From an uncultured Gammaproteobacteria bacterium (lineage in GTDB: Bacteria > Patescibacteriota > Patescibacteriia > Magasanikbacterales > UBA922), in NCBI GenBank assembly GCA_964344965.1, contig CAYFPJ010000001.1:86771-150770 (forward strand): a DNA stretch of 64,000 nt, read 5' to 3'. The position numbers were made by a program, and so were the translations under genes. Below, piece after piece: positions 63,717 to 64,000 of the stretch. Within the stretch, counting starts at the first letter, position 1, and every line of letters begins with the position of its first letter. The notes beneath the pieces are model-generated. The model saw only the letters and a program-made list of their open reading frames with translations. It had not been told where the DNA came from and did no database searches.

Positions 63717-64000
63717 TTATTTTTCTTGCCGCCAGTTGCCTTATATCCTTTTTTTGGCTTGTCAGCTACCACTAGGCCATGCTGACTGAGAATATTCTCT
63801 AGAGTGTTATAAATATTACTTCTTTCTTCCTTTTTTATTTTTTCGTGGTCCGCCTTTCTCTTTTTTGTTTTACTGTCTTGAATCAGTTCTTCCCACAGTT
63901 CAAAATCTTCGGCAGAAGCCAGTGCTATTTTTGGCTTGCCGTGCTCTGTAAGAATGTATACTACTTTTTTATTTTTTACCTCTTCAGATATCTCAAATAT
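63717..64000 (-). CDS. Phd/YefM-like antitoxin-family protein, partial (5' end beyond the window)
   Basis: Minus-strand translation ...VVYILTEHGKPKIALASAEDFELWEEL...GGKKNK* with stop at 63717-63719. The core is YefM/Phd-like. Confidence 0.4.

Overview
The window reads as a low-GC, gene-dense bacterial chromosome segment with almost no intergenic space except where repeats sit. Gene content (short HrcA, truncated TsaB, short YidC, DUF4012 next to GT2/GT4 glycosyltransferases, archaeal-type NMN adenylyltransferase, many palindromic or MITE-like repeats) suggests an uncultivated Patescibacteria/CPR-like organism; that is an inference. Recognisable housekeeping genes are: pheT (3' part), dnaE, prs, tsaD, a de novo NAD operon (nadE, an NMN adenylyltransferase, nadA, nadC, nadB), rplJ-rplL with an L10 leader, tsaB, acyP, mreB, ribBA, ribD, holB, frr, dtd, csp, glyQS with a candidate T-box leader, an M16 peptidase, tpiA, metK with a structured leader, uppP, gpsA, cca, yidC, and a heat-shock locus (CIRCE-like operator, hrcA, a NUDIX-GrpE fusion, hsp20, dnaK, three inserted genes, dnaJ). 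RNA genes are tRNA-Glu(UUC), tRNA-Thr(UGU), tRNA-Tyr(GUA), tRNA-Thr(GGU) on the minus strand, and an initiator-like tRNA-Met(CAU) on the minus strand carrying an extra hairpin in its variable region. Next to the minus-strand tRNAs lies a GC-rich structured element of unknown identity. The most notable accessory feature is a roughly 3.7 kb islet immediately 3' of tRNA-Glu. It is bounded by a degenerate direct repeat of the tRNA 3' end and encodes a PrimPol-SF2 helicase fusion protein and a class II Fic (HPFxDGNGR) protein; no integrase is present. Other accessory items are an RHH/RelE toxin-antitoxin pair and a partial Phd/YefM-like gene at the window edge. A 145-bp perfect direct repeat pair brackets 3.8 kb. 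Three real genes (tRNA-Thr, tRNA-Tyr, dnaK) are each preceded by a duplicate of their own 5' end, separated from it by a short GC-rich hairpin insert. At least five dispersed repeat families were found. Heptanucleotide x4 tracts lie inside a GT4 glycosyltransferase gene and inside nadC, making them candidate slipped-strand phase-variation sites. Finally, a roughly 600-bp island of anomalously high GC carries a small ORF. All coordinates and motifs were read by eye from the sequence; no searches were run.
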